Positions 1-12,200 of a stretch of DNA of 64,000 nucleotides are shown here, one piece after another; position 1 is the first letter of the stretch; every line of letters begins with the position of its first letter. Below the pieces are notes generated by a model. The model made no database searches and had not been told where the DNA came from. It was given only the letters and a program-made list of their open reading frames with translations. The DNA is taken from NCBI GenBank assembly GCA_905178155.1, contig CAJINV010000001.1:11102163-11166162 (forward strand), written 5' to 3'. Origin of the DNA: Amoebophrya sp. A120. Taxonomy: Eukaryota; Protista; Dinoflagellata. A program made the position numbers and the translations under genes.

Positions 1-250
1 ACAGGAGTACTTAAATACAGTGCTCTTTTATTTCCTTCAGTCGGTACTACTTCTACTTACAGCATAGTACGAGAATGGAGCCAGTAGCAGACAGATTTTC
101 AAAAAGCGCATACGCATACGGTATTAAAATAAACCGGGGCGCTCCGCGAGAAAACTTTGCTAGCGTTCGTTCGTGACAAGCGTGAGTCCAACCACCGTGG
201 GGAGCGTCGTTGCGTCTCGGTGCAGCGACGCGCGCGCGCTGGGCGAGCGG

Positions 251-3200
251 ATGCGAATATCTCCCCGGCCGCGACGAATGTGGCTGCGCGACTTGCTAGT
301 CGCGTTTATTGGGGCCGGTTTTTTGTTTTACGATCCTGCGTTGTCGAAGAAGCTTCTCGGCCACGACGATGAGTCAACACGGGACGGTGTAGAGGTTCTG
401 ACTGACAAGTACCCGAACGACGGGTCGAAAAATGAAAAGATTCTTGTTCCAGTATCCTTTTCAAAAGTATCGTATTCGTATTGCAAATAATGCATTACAA
501 ATCTTTTCATGATGTCAAATCCGCATTACAAATTTTATTTCTCATGCTGAGGAAATTTGTAATGCATTTATACGAGTACAATCCATATCGATATCCAGAC
601 GACACATTTATACTTTTGCAATCCATATCCAGACGACACAGACGATAAGCAGCTGCCCAGCGATGCGGAAGGTGGTGGGACCAAGGGGGCAAGAACGGCC
701 GAACTACGAAGCGCAGAAGACTACTACAAGGAGTTTTTCCCGGGTGCATACGAATCGGAACAATCTTCTTCGACGACTTCAGATGGCGAGGAGGATGTGC
801 AGGATGAAGCATCAGAGGACGAGGACCCGGGAGGTGGCGAGGACACGACGGGGGAGCAGGAGCACCTCCCCCTTTATGGTGCTGAGGACTTGCTGCGGCG
901 GTCAGCACGCAACAGCACCAGTCAAAGCGGCCCTGTCGTGGTCGGCAACAAGACCTCGTACCCCTACACAGAGGGACAAACGTGCGAGGACGGCAAGTCG
1001 TTTGTGGTGGAAGGGATGACGACGAGCTGGATCGGGCACGAGGCCAAGCCGCGCTTTTTGAAAACGCGCTGGTGGAGCCCCAAAATCGACGCGGACCCGG
1101 GTGGCTACGTGTACGCCGACACAACCGCGGTAATGCCCACGGCGGGACGACTGAAGAAGTGGCGATTTCTGCCGGGCGCCACCGTGTCCGGGCCGACCCC
1201 GGCTACGTCGGCCAAACCCGCCTTGCGGCTCATGGTGAGACTGTTTGCAGTTTAGCTTTCATATGCAGAAGTTTCCTTTGCTGCTCTTTCGGTTTGGTTT
1301 TCATCTGCGAGATGAAAGCTGCTCGATATTTCTGATATACGCCAACAAGAAGAATCTGAATCTGAAATGGTTGCGGTGGTAGAGAAGACGATCAGAAGTT
1401 CACCGCTTATCGGTGCTCACTGCCCACCAGGTCTGGCGGCCAAGCGTTGGCAAGCCGGGTACGATGCCGGCCGCGAAGCAGCAGGCACTGTTCAACATGG
1501 AACTGGTGTGCGCTACCATTGCCACGTGGAAGCCACCCGCCGCAAGCAGCAAGCGGGGCGAGGTGGTCGAATGGGAGTATGAGAGCGTACAACTCAGACT
1601 CCACTCCTTCGGCCGAAGCGCAGGGACTGCAAAACTGCAGCATTTATTGCACAACAGACACAGAGCGATCATTCTGCAGGCACTGCAGTGCTGAGCTGAT
1701 TTGGCTTTTACTAGGGTAGACTTTTCATGCAAAAACCTACGAGAATACCGTAACAGTACTACTAGAACCAAAAAGAGGAAGGCCACTGCGGCGCTGCGGG
1801 TTCGTATTTTGATAAATTGACTTATGCTGTTGTAACTGTAAGTAGTTATTGCGGGGTGGAAATTAGAGGAGGAGAGTTGTCCACTGTCATGCGGAGCACC
1901 CGAAGGACATAGAGTGCGAGGTGCGAAAGGGGGACTTGCTCGGCTGGGAAACGAGCCGGGGGAACCAGCGAGGCGGCGGCTCTTCTGCAATAGCTCCAGC
2001 CGTCCTGCAGTACGATGAAGCCAACATAGACAGCGCCGTGCGATACTTCGATCCGTCTCGCTTCGAAAAAGCAGGCGTGTCCACACCATCAAATGTCTAT
2101 GCAATGGCCGTGGACAACACCGACAGCAGTTCCACCGCTTCTGGCAAGAAGAAAAATAATCCGGGCGCGTCTACTACTGCGAAGGCTTCGGCCCCGCCTG
2201 CCTTCATCAACGCTTTGCAAGTGGGCGTGGAACAGGAGTTCTCCAGTGGCGGGCTATCCCGGTTCTATTCCCTGGAGGCTCTGGTGGAACATCCGGACGG
2301 ATCGTGTCGCGACAATGTCTGTGTTTGCGCCAACGGCATTGGCGTCGTCGGTGGTGTATGCATTGCAAAAGTGTCGTACTCTTGTTGTTAGTAGGGTAAA
2401 TCTGCACTACATAGTAGAGAGACCTATAGTACTGACAGCGACTTGGCTCAAAGCTGTTGTAAAAGCTGGGCGAAAGCTATAGGGACCGACTTTTTTCGTG
2501 AATCTGCATGCTAGTGCAACCAGGACTTGGCCCAAAGTTGGGCAAAAGTTGGCTCAAAGCTCTAGACCTAAGCACTTTTTTGCTTCTATTTTCTTCTGAA
2601 GCGCGACACTATTGCAACAAACTTGTGTGATATGACCTCTAGACGTTTGCAGACAGTGAATTCTAAATCAGCATGGTGTGAGTGGGACAAGTTGGCTCAA
2701 AGTTGGGCCGAAGCTCTAGAGCTTTTTTTACAAAATGGCCCCAAAAAAGCTAGACGAATCAACTTCCCAGGCTTCCTATGAGGAAGAGGGGCGCCACGGG
2801 CCCAATAGCTTCATGCCAGTTGAGCTCTTCTGCAGTTCAATAACGACTGCGAAACTCCCCGTTGTAGCTACTTCTCCGGGCGGACTTTTTCTTTTTTATT
2901 TGTTTTAGTTTTGCCCGGGCGGCCGGCTGCGTAAAATAAAAACCTGGCCAGAAGAACGAACCGAAAAACAGAAACTCGCGCGCCCCCACTGCTTATACAT
3001 TTCAAGCCCAGACGCGCCGCCGCTCCGGGCCAACGATCTGGACGCAAGAAAGCGTCGCCCCGGTCCCGCAAGCGAGCCGGGGCGCCGCCCTGCCCGGCCA
3101 TCTTCTCTCTGGCTGCCTGGGGCCGGGGGCCCGGCTGCAACCGGAAACAGAAAAGACAAGCCCCGGGCCCGGGGCGCGCCGCCTCCAAATGGTATGCGCA

Positions 3201-6200
3201 TCGCCCCGGACCGTTTCCACTGATTGGCCAAGCACCCCGGCAAGAAGGCGGCGGACAAAAGCCGCCGGCGCCTCTTTTCCCTTTTACTTAGTGTCCAAAA
3301 CCTCAGCGCATACCTTTCGGCCAGCCTGCCCACTCTACACTCGGCTATGGCAATGGGCGGGAAAACTAAAAAACCCCGGATACCTGCTGCTCGCTGGCCA
3401 CGCGCGACACGCAGGAGGGACTTCGCCGCGCCTTTCCCAGCTGCGCGGCGGGACAAGCCGAAAGACGCCGGCGCGTGCGTCCGCGCCTTGGGTGGCCAGC
3501 CAGTCAGAAGCAAGGGCGGCCCGGGCGCCCGCGCCCATGCTGCCACCCAAGCTAATGCGTCAAGCCGGCACGCAAACGGAAGGGCTGCGGCTCTTTTTTG
3601 GTTCGGAGCTCCTCTCATCCGGGCGCGGCCACCTGGACACGCAGCAAAAGAGCTAGCCCCGCCCTTTCGTCCGCCTATGATTAGACGGAGCCTTGTGCGG
3701 CGCTGGGCCGCTGCGGAGTTTCGTGCGAGTTGCTGCGGGCTCCTTCAGCTGCTCAGCCGACGGAGGGAGAACGCAAATCCCTGCGTCTTCTGCGCTATCC
3801 GACTGGCCGCCGGCCGAAAAAAAACAGCCAAAATCGGCAAGGAAGCAGGCTAGAACGAGACGGCGACCAGGCAGTAGTACGTAGGCAGACCTGCACCGAG
3901 CGGGGTCCGCAGTGCTGCTCGGCGGGCCCTTGCGATATACTAGCAAACGGACGCGCCCCGACTTTTGGCCCGAGCATAGATGGCCGTAGGCTTTTTCTCT
4001 TGTAGTGCTGTCGCTCTCTTATTTCTTGAAGCGTCCCTAGCTATCATCTTCGTTTTCATGCATTGCTTCCGCCTAGTTATTTGCACCGCCTTGAGCCCTA
4101 TTGTTCTATTTGTTTGCGTAAATTCCCGCGCCGTTGTGCCTCCACGGCGGCGCGAGTGAGGTATACACAATACTGGGTCAATTTGTATTCGCAATTCCAA
4201 TTTGTACTAGTGCGATACTTTTGCAAAGCATATGTTGCGGAGTGCGACCAGGAGGGAAAGAACGTCTGCCTCTCCTGCGATGCAGGCTTCAACCTGTTGG
4301 ACCGCGAGTGTCTCCCGACGCAGTGCAGCTGCGCCAACGGCGTAGTGGACCCACATTGCACAGTCGACGAGCCGGAAAAATGTCTGTAAGCGATTGTCTA
4401 GCAGGACCTGCACCATTTTTTTCTTTGCACATGATGCTCGTTTTTTACCTACACATCTACGCGTTTTATGGTGGCATGGTCCGTCGATCGCTAATACAGC
4501 AGTTCGTTTAGACGGACCTAATATGTAGTGAGGTCACCGAACGGTTCTAACCAGGGAGTTTTTTTGCCATCCAGCCAGAAAAACGACCGGCAGTTTTCAA
4601 GCGGCCGGAAGCGTTTTTGGACATAAAAAATTTTCAATTATAAAGCGGCCGAGGCTTTGTTGTCAAACAAGCCCGAGCCAATTCTATCGATTCGCACTGG
4701 ATAAAACGACGCAGAGGAGCCGCCAAAAGGGGCGCCCTTCTGAGGTGCCCGCCGCCTTGGTTTCTGGCGATTTGGGGCGCCCAAAACGGGGCGCGCAAAA
4801 AACGCGCCCAAAATCAGAACAGCGAAACAGCATGGCACGGCCGTGATTTCGGAGCATTTTGGGCGGCCGCGAAAGCGGCCGCCGTTTCGCCGGTTTTAGA
4901 GCCTGGGACGCTTTGCAGAAAGCGCCGGCGTGAAAAATAGAAACGCGAAAAATGAAAAGCGCCCCACACGCGCAAAGCCAATCCGCATGCTATGGGCCCG
5001 GTTTTTCTTCGCTTTTTGGGCGCCCCCCGTGGCACCCAGATCGGCCCCATAGCGTCGGGGCTGGCTTTCGGAAAAGAATTTTGGAAATGTGCCAAAATTT
5101 GCGACGTTTCCCAAGTGGCCGCCATGCCGTGCGGCATAACGTTACTCGCAGCGGTATGGCGGGCCCAGAAAAAGCAAAGCCGCGGCCAAGGCGGCGGCAG
5201 GCAAAAAAACGCCCACGACCTCACTACCCCCGCCCCGGCGGCTATATTTGGTAAAAAATATAATTGACGAGTCCACCTTCGCCTTGTTTTCTGCTCTTGG
5301 CACAGTCCGTTCTTCTGAAAAAAAAAATAGGTCCTGCGATGCGGGCTGGAAGATTGTCTCCACCAACAGCACATGTGTGAAGCAGGGTCCGTGTGTTTGC
5401 GATAACGGAACCCCAAACGGGGAACCGGTGTGCCCGGCAGCAGGCTTTGCTTCCTGTCAGGAATGCGACACGGGATTTTACCTTTCGGACGACAAGGACC
5501 GGTGCGTTCCAAATCCCCCAAAGATCGTGGTTTTGAATACCACCACCTCTACGTATGCTCTGGAAAAGTATCGTACTCGTACTACTAATCGCAGTCATGC
5601 ATGACAAATCTGCTTCGTAGCTTGAACGAACGCGACGAATTTCATTTTTTCTTCAGAAAGCAACTGCATTGGTGTTCGCAATGTCTAGTAATCAAGTACG
5701 AAAGTTTTGCAATGCACACTGCGACTACCACGACAACCACCACCCGACTGATTCTCAGTGTGCCGCTGAGCTTGTTGTCACTTGCGGCCGTGGGAAAGAA
5801 CCCGGGCACAGGTGGCAACCAAGGACGGGGCTGGTTGACCCAAGACAACAACTCGGGGCTCGGCTCCTTCTACGGAAGCGAGGCCGCATTGGAGCAGACG
5901 AAAGCACCGGCGTCGCTGTTTCAGAGAGCTGCCAGGAACGCCGCTACGAGGCATACGATGGTAAATCCGGGTCCATTTTTGGCGCAAAGTAGAACCCACC
6001 GAGCCAAGCCAGATTCGACGGACGACTTGGAGGACGGAAGTGCGAGCGAGGAGGAAGTCGAGCGGCATCAGGCCGAAACGGCGTTTCTTGCTACAGACGC
6101 GGACAACTCGGAGAAGATTTCAAGCCAGGAGAATCGCGCTAAAAAAGATCGTAGGCAAGATAAAAAGCGGAACAGAGGGAAAAATACCCACCGCGGGCGA

Positions 6201-9200
6201 CAGCAGCCCCCGGCGCCTAGTACTACACCAAGCGCCGCGGCCGCGTTGAGCAACACAACGTCCTCGTTTCCCGTGAAGCCAAGCGTCTGCGACGAGCTGG
6301 TGCTGCGGCCGCGAGGCGGGCAGCCCGGAGCTCCACAAATTGTAACGGTCAACAACGCGTCCTACGCGCAACTCACCGCCGCGGGGTGCGACCCGGTTCT
6401 GCAGCAGGGAACGGGTTTGCAGGGCGCGAACTGTCGCAACATCACGCTTGCCACCATTGACGCCGCGCGCCACCGGCTACGGATCTTGGGGGGTAGCATG
6501 GAGCTGGATCGCTTAGAGATCGCGGGGGATTTCGCTCTCGAATCCTGCACTACGACGCCCTTCCTGGACGAGCGCTTGGGCAACTGGCAGTGGCGCGGGA
6601 GCGACGTGCCGCCGGACGGGGTGCTTCAGCCCACACGGGATGATCTGCTGGACGGAACAGGCTCCGAGACGCTGTCCTTCAAGGCCATAAAGTAAGAAAG
6701 TATATATAAAATTGCAAGGGCAACCAAGGGGGCCCTTGCTTGATGTTCTAAGAATAACGAAAAGCTTAAGCTCTACTAGTTGTTCCTTTTACCGCGAATT
6801 TTGAATCATCTCTGCAGACGAGAAATCATTCCCGTTGCTCGCTTCGTTCTCTTTTTTCATGTTTCCAGCGCGCCGCGGTGTGACTGTGAGTCATCTGGTA
6901 CATTACGGTTCTTCACACCCAGTCGACTCGCGTTCAAAACAGGTGCAATCGCATGCTGGTGCGGAAGAAGCAAGACGAGCCCATGGTGCCGGTCGTCGCG
7001 TTGTCGGACAAGCAAAAGGCGGAAACAGTGGTGAAGGCAACCGACTGCCAAAGCATGAGCCGTTTTACGGAAAGAGATGGACTTAGGATTTGCGGACAGG
7101 TACTCCTGCAGGTTCTTCGTCGCTCTCTCTGTAATCTCTGTAAGTATAGCCGATAGCGAGTGCGAGGACAGTGATGACGACAACGCTAGAGATAAATTAC
7201 AATCGCATACACCTTCACCTAGTGCTAGTCCTCGTACGCGCTACCTTACCTAGACGGCGTCATGTTTCACTCGTGACCAAGTCATCTTCATCTTTCGCAG
7301 GACTGCTCTGACATAGAAGTGGACGTGGGCGGCTGGGACGTGATGGAGAACGCCATCGAATTCTGTCTGGAGGGGTGCACCAATGAGATTGACAGCGAGA
7401 AGGCAAACCGGCCCGGGGTGCCCGTCACGAAGCAACGCTTTAAGCCGAGCCCCCTGTCCGCAACGAAGGCAAACTCCACCCGGGACGCGGTACCCACGAA
7501 CACCACAAGTGCGAACCTGCTTTCGGCAAGCGGGCCGGCGGGCGTGGCCGGGAAGTTACCCTCTGCCTTAGCGCCTACGCCGAGGCAGCTCCTGCGAACC
7601 ACGAGCCTCCCAGCGGGGTCCTTGTCGCCACCGCCAGCAGCCACGACCGTCACTGCGGCGCTGAATGTGAAATTCCCGGCAAAGCAGGAAAAAAAGGGCT
7701 CGGCTGCGAGCCTCATGGCAGCGAAGGAAGCCGCGCCGGTCGTGTTCAGCAGTAATGCTAATGCTTCCCCGGGTCCCGCATCGTTAGCAAAGGCCATCTC
7801 CGATGCTGTGCAGAGCAGCATTTCCGAGCAAGCGCAAGCATTTGGCGATAAAGATCCGCACAACGAGGAAAATGATGAAAGCGATTTGCGTCGTTCACTG
7901 CGGTCAAGAATCAGTCACGATACCAGCGACGGGGCTGACAGCAAGGAGCCTGCAGGTGTTACCGGTACTATCGTACAGAAAAACTGTCGGCGAGATAAGC
8001 CGTACGCATTAATCTCTACAATGACTAGCGAAAGGTCAGAAAACCCATTATTTAATAGTATTCCGCAATAGAAACAAAGAATAGAAACGAAAAACAAAAA
8101 CAAAGAATGGAAACGAAAAACGAAAACAAAGAATGGAAACAAAGAATGGAAACGAAAAACGAAAACAAAGAATGGAAACGAAAAACGAAAACAAAGAATG
8201 GAAACGAAAAATGAAAACAAACAATGGAAACGAAAAACGAAAACAAAGAATAGAAACGAAAAACGAAAACAAACAATGGAAACGAAAAACGAAAACAAAG
8301 AANNNNNNNNNNNNNNNNNNNNNNNNNNNNNNNNNNNNNNNNNNNNNNNNNNNNNNNNNNNNNNNNNNNNNNNNNNNNNNNNNNNNNNNNNNNNNNNNNN
8401 NNNNNNNNNNNNNNNNNNNNNNNNNNNNNNNNNNNNNNNNNNNNNNNNNNNNNNNNNNNNNNNNNNNNNNNNNNNNNNNNNNNNNNNNNNNNNNNNNNNN
8501 NNNNNNNNNNNNNNNNNNNNNNNNNNNNNNNNNNNNNNNNNNNNNNNNNNNNNNNNNNNNNNNNNNNNNNNNNNNNNNNNNNNNNNNNNNNNNNNNNNNN
8601 NNNNNNNNNNNNNNNNNNNNNNNNNNNNNNNNNNNNNNNNNNNNNNNNNNNNNNNNNNNNNNNNNNNNNNNNNNNNNNNNNNNNNNNNNNNNNNNNNNNN
8701 NNNNNNNNNNNNNNNNNNNNNNNNNNNNNNNNNNNNNNNNNNNNNNNNNNNNNNNNNNNNNNNNNNNNNNNNNNNNNNNNNNNNNNNNNNNNNNNNNNNN
8801 NNGGACGCGGACATGTCGCGTCCAAGAGCCAGGACGCGGACATGTCGCGTCCAAGAGCCAGGACCGGACGCGGACATGTCGCGTCCAAGAGCCAGGACGC
8901 GGACGTGTCGCGTCCAAGAGCCAGGACGCGGACGTGTGGCGTCCAAGGAAAAGCCAGGACGCGGACATGTGGCGTCCAAGGAAAAGCCAGGACGCGGACA
9001 TGTCGCGTCCAAGAGCCAGGACGCGGACATGTCGCGTCCAAGAGCCAGGACGCGGACACGTCGCGTCCAAGAGCCAGGACGCGGACACGTCGCGTCCAAG
9101 AGCCAGGACGCGGACACGTCGCGTCCAAGAGCCAGGACGCGGACACGTCGCGTCCAAGAGCCAGGACGCGGACACGTCGCGTCCAAGAGCCAGGACGCGG

Positions 9201-12200
9201 ACACGTCGCGTCCAAGAGCCAGGACGCGGACACGTCGCGTCCAAGAGCCAGGACGCGGACACGTCGCGTCCAAGAGCCAGGACGCGGACACGTCGCGTCC
9301 AAGAGCCAGGACGCGGACACGTCGCGTCCAAGAGCCAGGACGCGGACACGTCGCGTCCAAGAGCCAGGACGCGGACACGTCGCGTCCAAGAGCCAGGACG
9401 CGGACACGTCGCGTCCAAGAGCCAGGACGCGGACACGTCGCGTCCAAGAGCCAGGACGCGGACACGTCGCGTCCAAGAGCCAGGACGCGGACACGTCGCG
9501 TCCAAGAGCCAGGACGCGGACACGTCGCGTCCAAGAGCCAGGACGCGGACACGTCGCGTCCAAGAGCCAGGACGCGGACACGTCGCGTCCAAGAGCCAGG
9601 ACGCGGACACGTCGCGTCCAAGAGCCAGGACGCGGACATGTCGCGTCCAAGAGCCAGGACGCGGACATGTCGCGTCCAAGAGCCAGGACGCGGACACGTC
9701 GCGTCCAAGAGCCAGGACGCGGACACGTCGCGTCCAAGGAAGAGCCAGGACACGGACACGTCGCGTCCGAGAACCAGGACGCGGACAGGTCGCATCCAAG
9801 GAAGAGCCAGGACGCGGACAGGTCGCGTCCAAGGAAGAGCCAGGACGCATCCAAGGAAGAGCCAGGACGCGGACAGGTCGCGTCCAAGGAAGAGCCAGGA
9901 CGCGGACATGTCGCGTCCTGGCTCTTCCTTGGACGCGACACGTCGTCGGGCCGGTTCCACGTCGTGGCCAAGCCTGCCCGTGCCAGATCATGGCCAAGCC
10001 GGTGCCGGATCCATCATGGCCAAACCTGCCCGTGCCAGATCATGGCCAAGCCGGTGCCGGATCCATCATGGCCAAGCCTGCCAGCCGGCGCCAGATCTTG
10101 GCCAAGCCTATGCCAGGCCGTGGCCAAGCCGGTGCCAGATCCTGGCGAAGCCTGCCGGTGCCAGGTTGTGCCCAGGCCGGTCGGTGCCAGACCATGGCCA
10201 AGCCAAGCCTGCCGATGCCAGATCATGGCCAGGCCTAGCCGGCCGGTGCCAGATCGGAGCCAAGCCTGCCAGCCGGTGCCCGGCAGATGGAAGGATCATG
10301 GCCAAACCGGTGCCAGATCATGGACGAGCCCGCGCCACCCAGCTCATGGCTTGGCTAAGCCGACGCCAGGTCGTCCGTGCCCAAGGATGCCTGCCGGTGT
10401 GTGCCAGATCATGGCCCGGACCGCTGGCGCCAGGTCGTGGCCGAACCGCTGCAAAATCATGGCCAAGCAAGCCTGCCAGCCGGTGCCCGGCCATGGCCAA
10501 ACCGGTGCCAGATCATGGCCGCGCCTGCGAGCGTCGGGCTGCCAACCTGCCCGCCGGTGCCAGATCATGGCCAGGCCGGTTCCGGGTGGTGCTGGTGGCC
10601 AGACCGGTGCCGGATCATGGCCAACCCGTTGCCAGATCATGGCCAAGCCGGTGCCAGATCATCGCCAAGCCGGTGCCAGGCAGGCCGTGTCCAAGCGAGC
10701 CGGCGCCACATCATGGCCAAGCCGGTGCCAAATCATGGCCACGCCGGTGCCAGATCATGGCCAAGCCGGTGCCAGGTCGTGGCCAAGCCGGTTCCGGGTC
10801 GCGGCCAAGGCGGTGCCAGGCAGATGATGGCCAAGCCGGCGCCAGAGGGATCATGGCCAAGCCGGCCCCGGGTCGTGGCCAGGCCTGCTTGCTCCAAGTC
10901 GTCCGCGGCCGCGCCCGCCGGTGCCAGATCATGGCCAAGCCGGTGCCAGGTCGTGGCTAAGCCGGTGCCGGATCATGGTCAAGCCGGTGCCAGGTCATCA
11001 CCGAGCCGGTGCCAGATCATGGCCCGGCCGGTTCCAGATCATGGCCAAGCCCGCCGGTGCCAGGCAGGTCGTGGCCAGGCCGGTCGATGCCAGATCACAG
11101 CCAGGCCGGTGCTCGCTCATGCCCAAGCCGGTGCCAAGCCAAGCTGGTTCCGGGTCGTGGCCAAGCCAAGCTGGTTCCGGGTCTTGGCCAAGCCAAGCTG
11201 GTTCCGGGTCGTGGCCAAGCCGAAGCCGGTTCTAAATCATGGGGAGGCCAGCCAGCAAGCCGGTGCCAGATCATGGCAAAGCCGAGCCCTTGCGCCAGAT
11301 CATGGCCAAGCCGGTGCCAGATGGATCACGGCCAAGCCCGCCTGCCGGTGCAAGGGCATCGCCAAGCCGGTGCGAGATCAAGGCCATGCCTGCCAGTGCC
11401 AGGTCGCGGCCATGCCGGTGCCAAAACATGGCCGCGCCGGTGCCAGATCATGGCCGTGCCGGTGCCCGATCATGCCCAAACCGGTGCCGGACCCTGGCCA
11501 CGCCGGTGCCAGGCCCTGGCTAAGCCGATACCAGACCCTGGCCAAGCCGGTGCCCGACCATGCCCGCCCCCCGCCGCCAGATGGATCGCGGCCCCGCCGG
11601 TGCCAGCATGCAAGATGGCGGCAAGGGCCAACCTGCCAGCCGCGCCGGTGCCGGATCGTGGCCAAGCCGTTCTGGCGCTTTGAAAATCGCAGGCAGATGG
11701 GCCTGCCTGTGCTGAAGCGCCGACGACGATTTTCCACAGAAAGACGCTGAGTGCTACCATTCATCTAGCGGAATACTATTAAGTCTGCAGGTTACTGGAC
11801 ACGGGAAGCGGGATAAGGCTAGTTCACTCTGAGCATTGCGTGTGGCGTTTTTCTTTTTGTATCATTATTTCGACTTTCAGTTTACAATTGCATACTTCTT
11901 GCACTGCGTTACCGCTTGCCACCTGTTTTATCAATGGTCTAAAGACGAGAAACAAGAACAACAATGAATTTGGTCGACTGGGTCGGTATGGTTCGTAAGC
12001 CTGCAACACTGAGAGTTCCTCTTTGCTGTGATGCGTTACGGTTTTTTTCTCCTTCCATAACGCCGTTTGGGAACCACGAAGGAGAACCAATTAGGCCACT
12101 AGAAACGACACTGCTTGAAAACAGTCGGCGGCAGATAGAGGGACACGAAAAGCAGATGAGCGCCAGCCCCTTCGGGCCACGCGGACCGGAAGTATTGTCG

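Larger units (their letters stand above)
8020..11823 (+). mobile_element. Satellite-laden non-autonomous element, Helitron/Helentron-like (copy 1)
   Basis: Perfect 15-bp subterminal inverted repeat TTAATAGTATTCCGC 8052-8066 / GCGGAATACTATTAA 11768-11782; ends CTAG|T at 11819-11823; second copy inverted at 63055+. Left boundary approximate. Confidence 0.65.
7956..12063 (+). other. Probable 4.1-kb non-canonical intron (GT...GC) with degenerate TIR, hosting a satellite element
   Basis: GTGTTA...AGAAAAACTG versus CGGTTTTTTCT...TAACGC; removal joins KEPA to AFGNHEGE in frame; spans an assembly gap. Confidence 0.45.

Noticed and set aside
2868-3977. GC-rich overlapping ORFs as a transposase for the TIR element
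   Set aside because: No DDE, HUH or recombinase motif; Arg/Ala/Pro-rich composition typical of non-coding GC-rich DNA.
8803-9945. CRISPR array (29-bp palindromic repeats)
   Set aside because: Repeats are head-to-tail with no unique spacers, there are no cas genes, and the context is eukaryotic.
7915-11764. Long ORFs in all six frames (up to 920 aa)
   Set aside because: Artefacts of stop-free satellites and the N gap.
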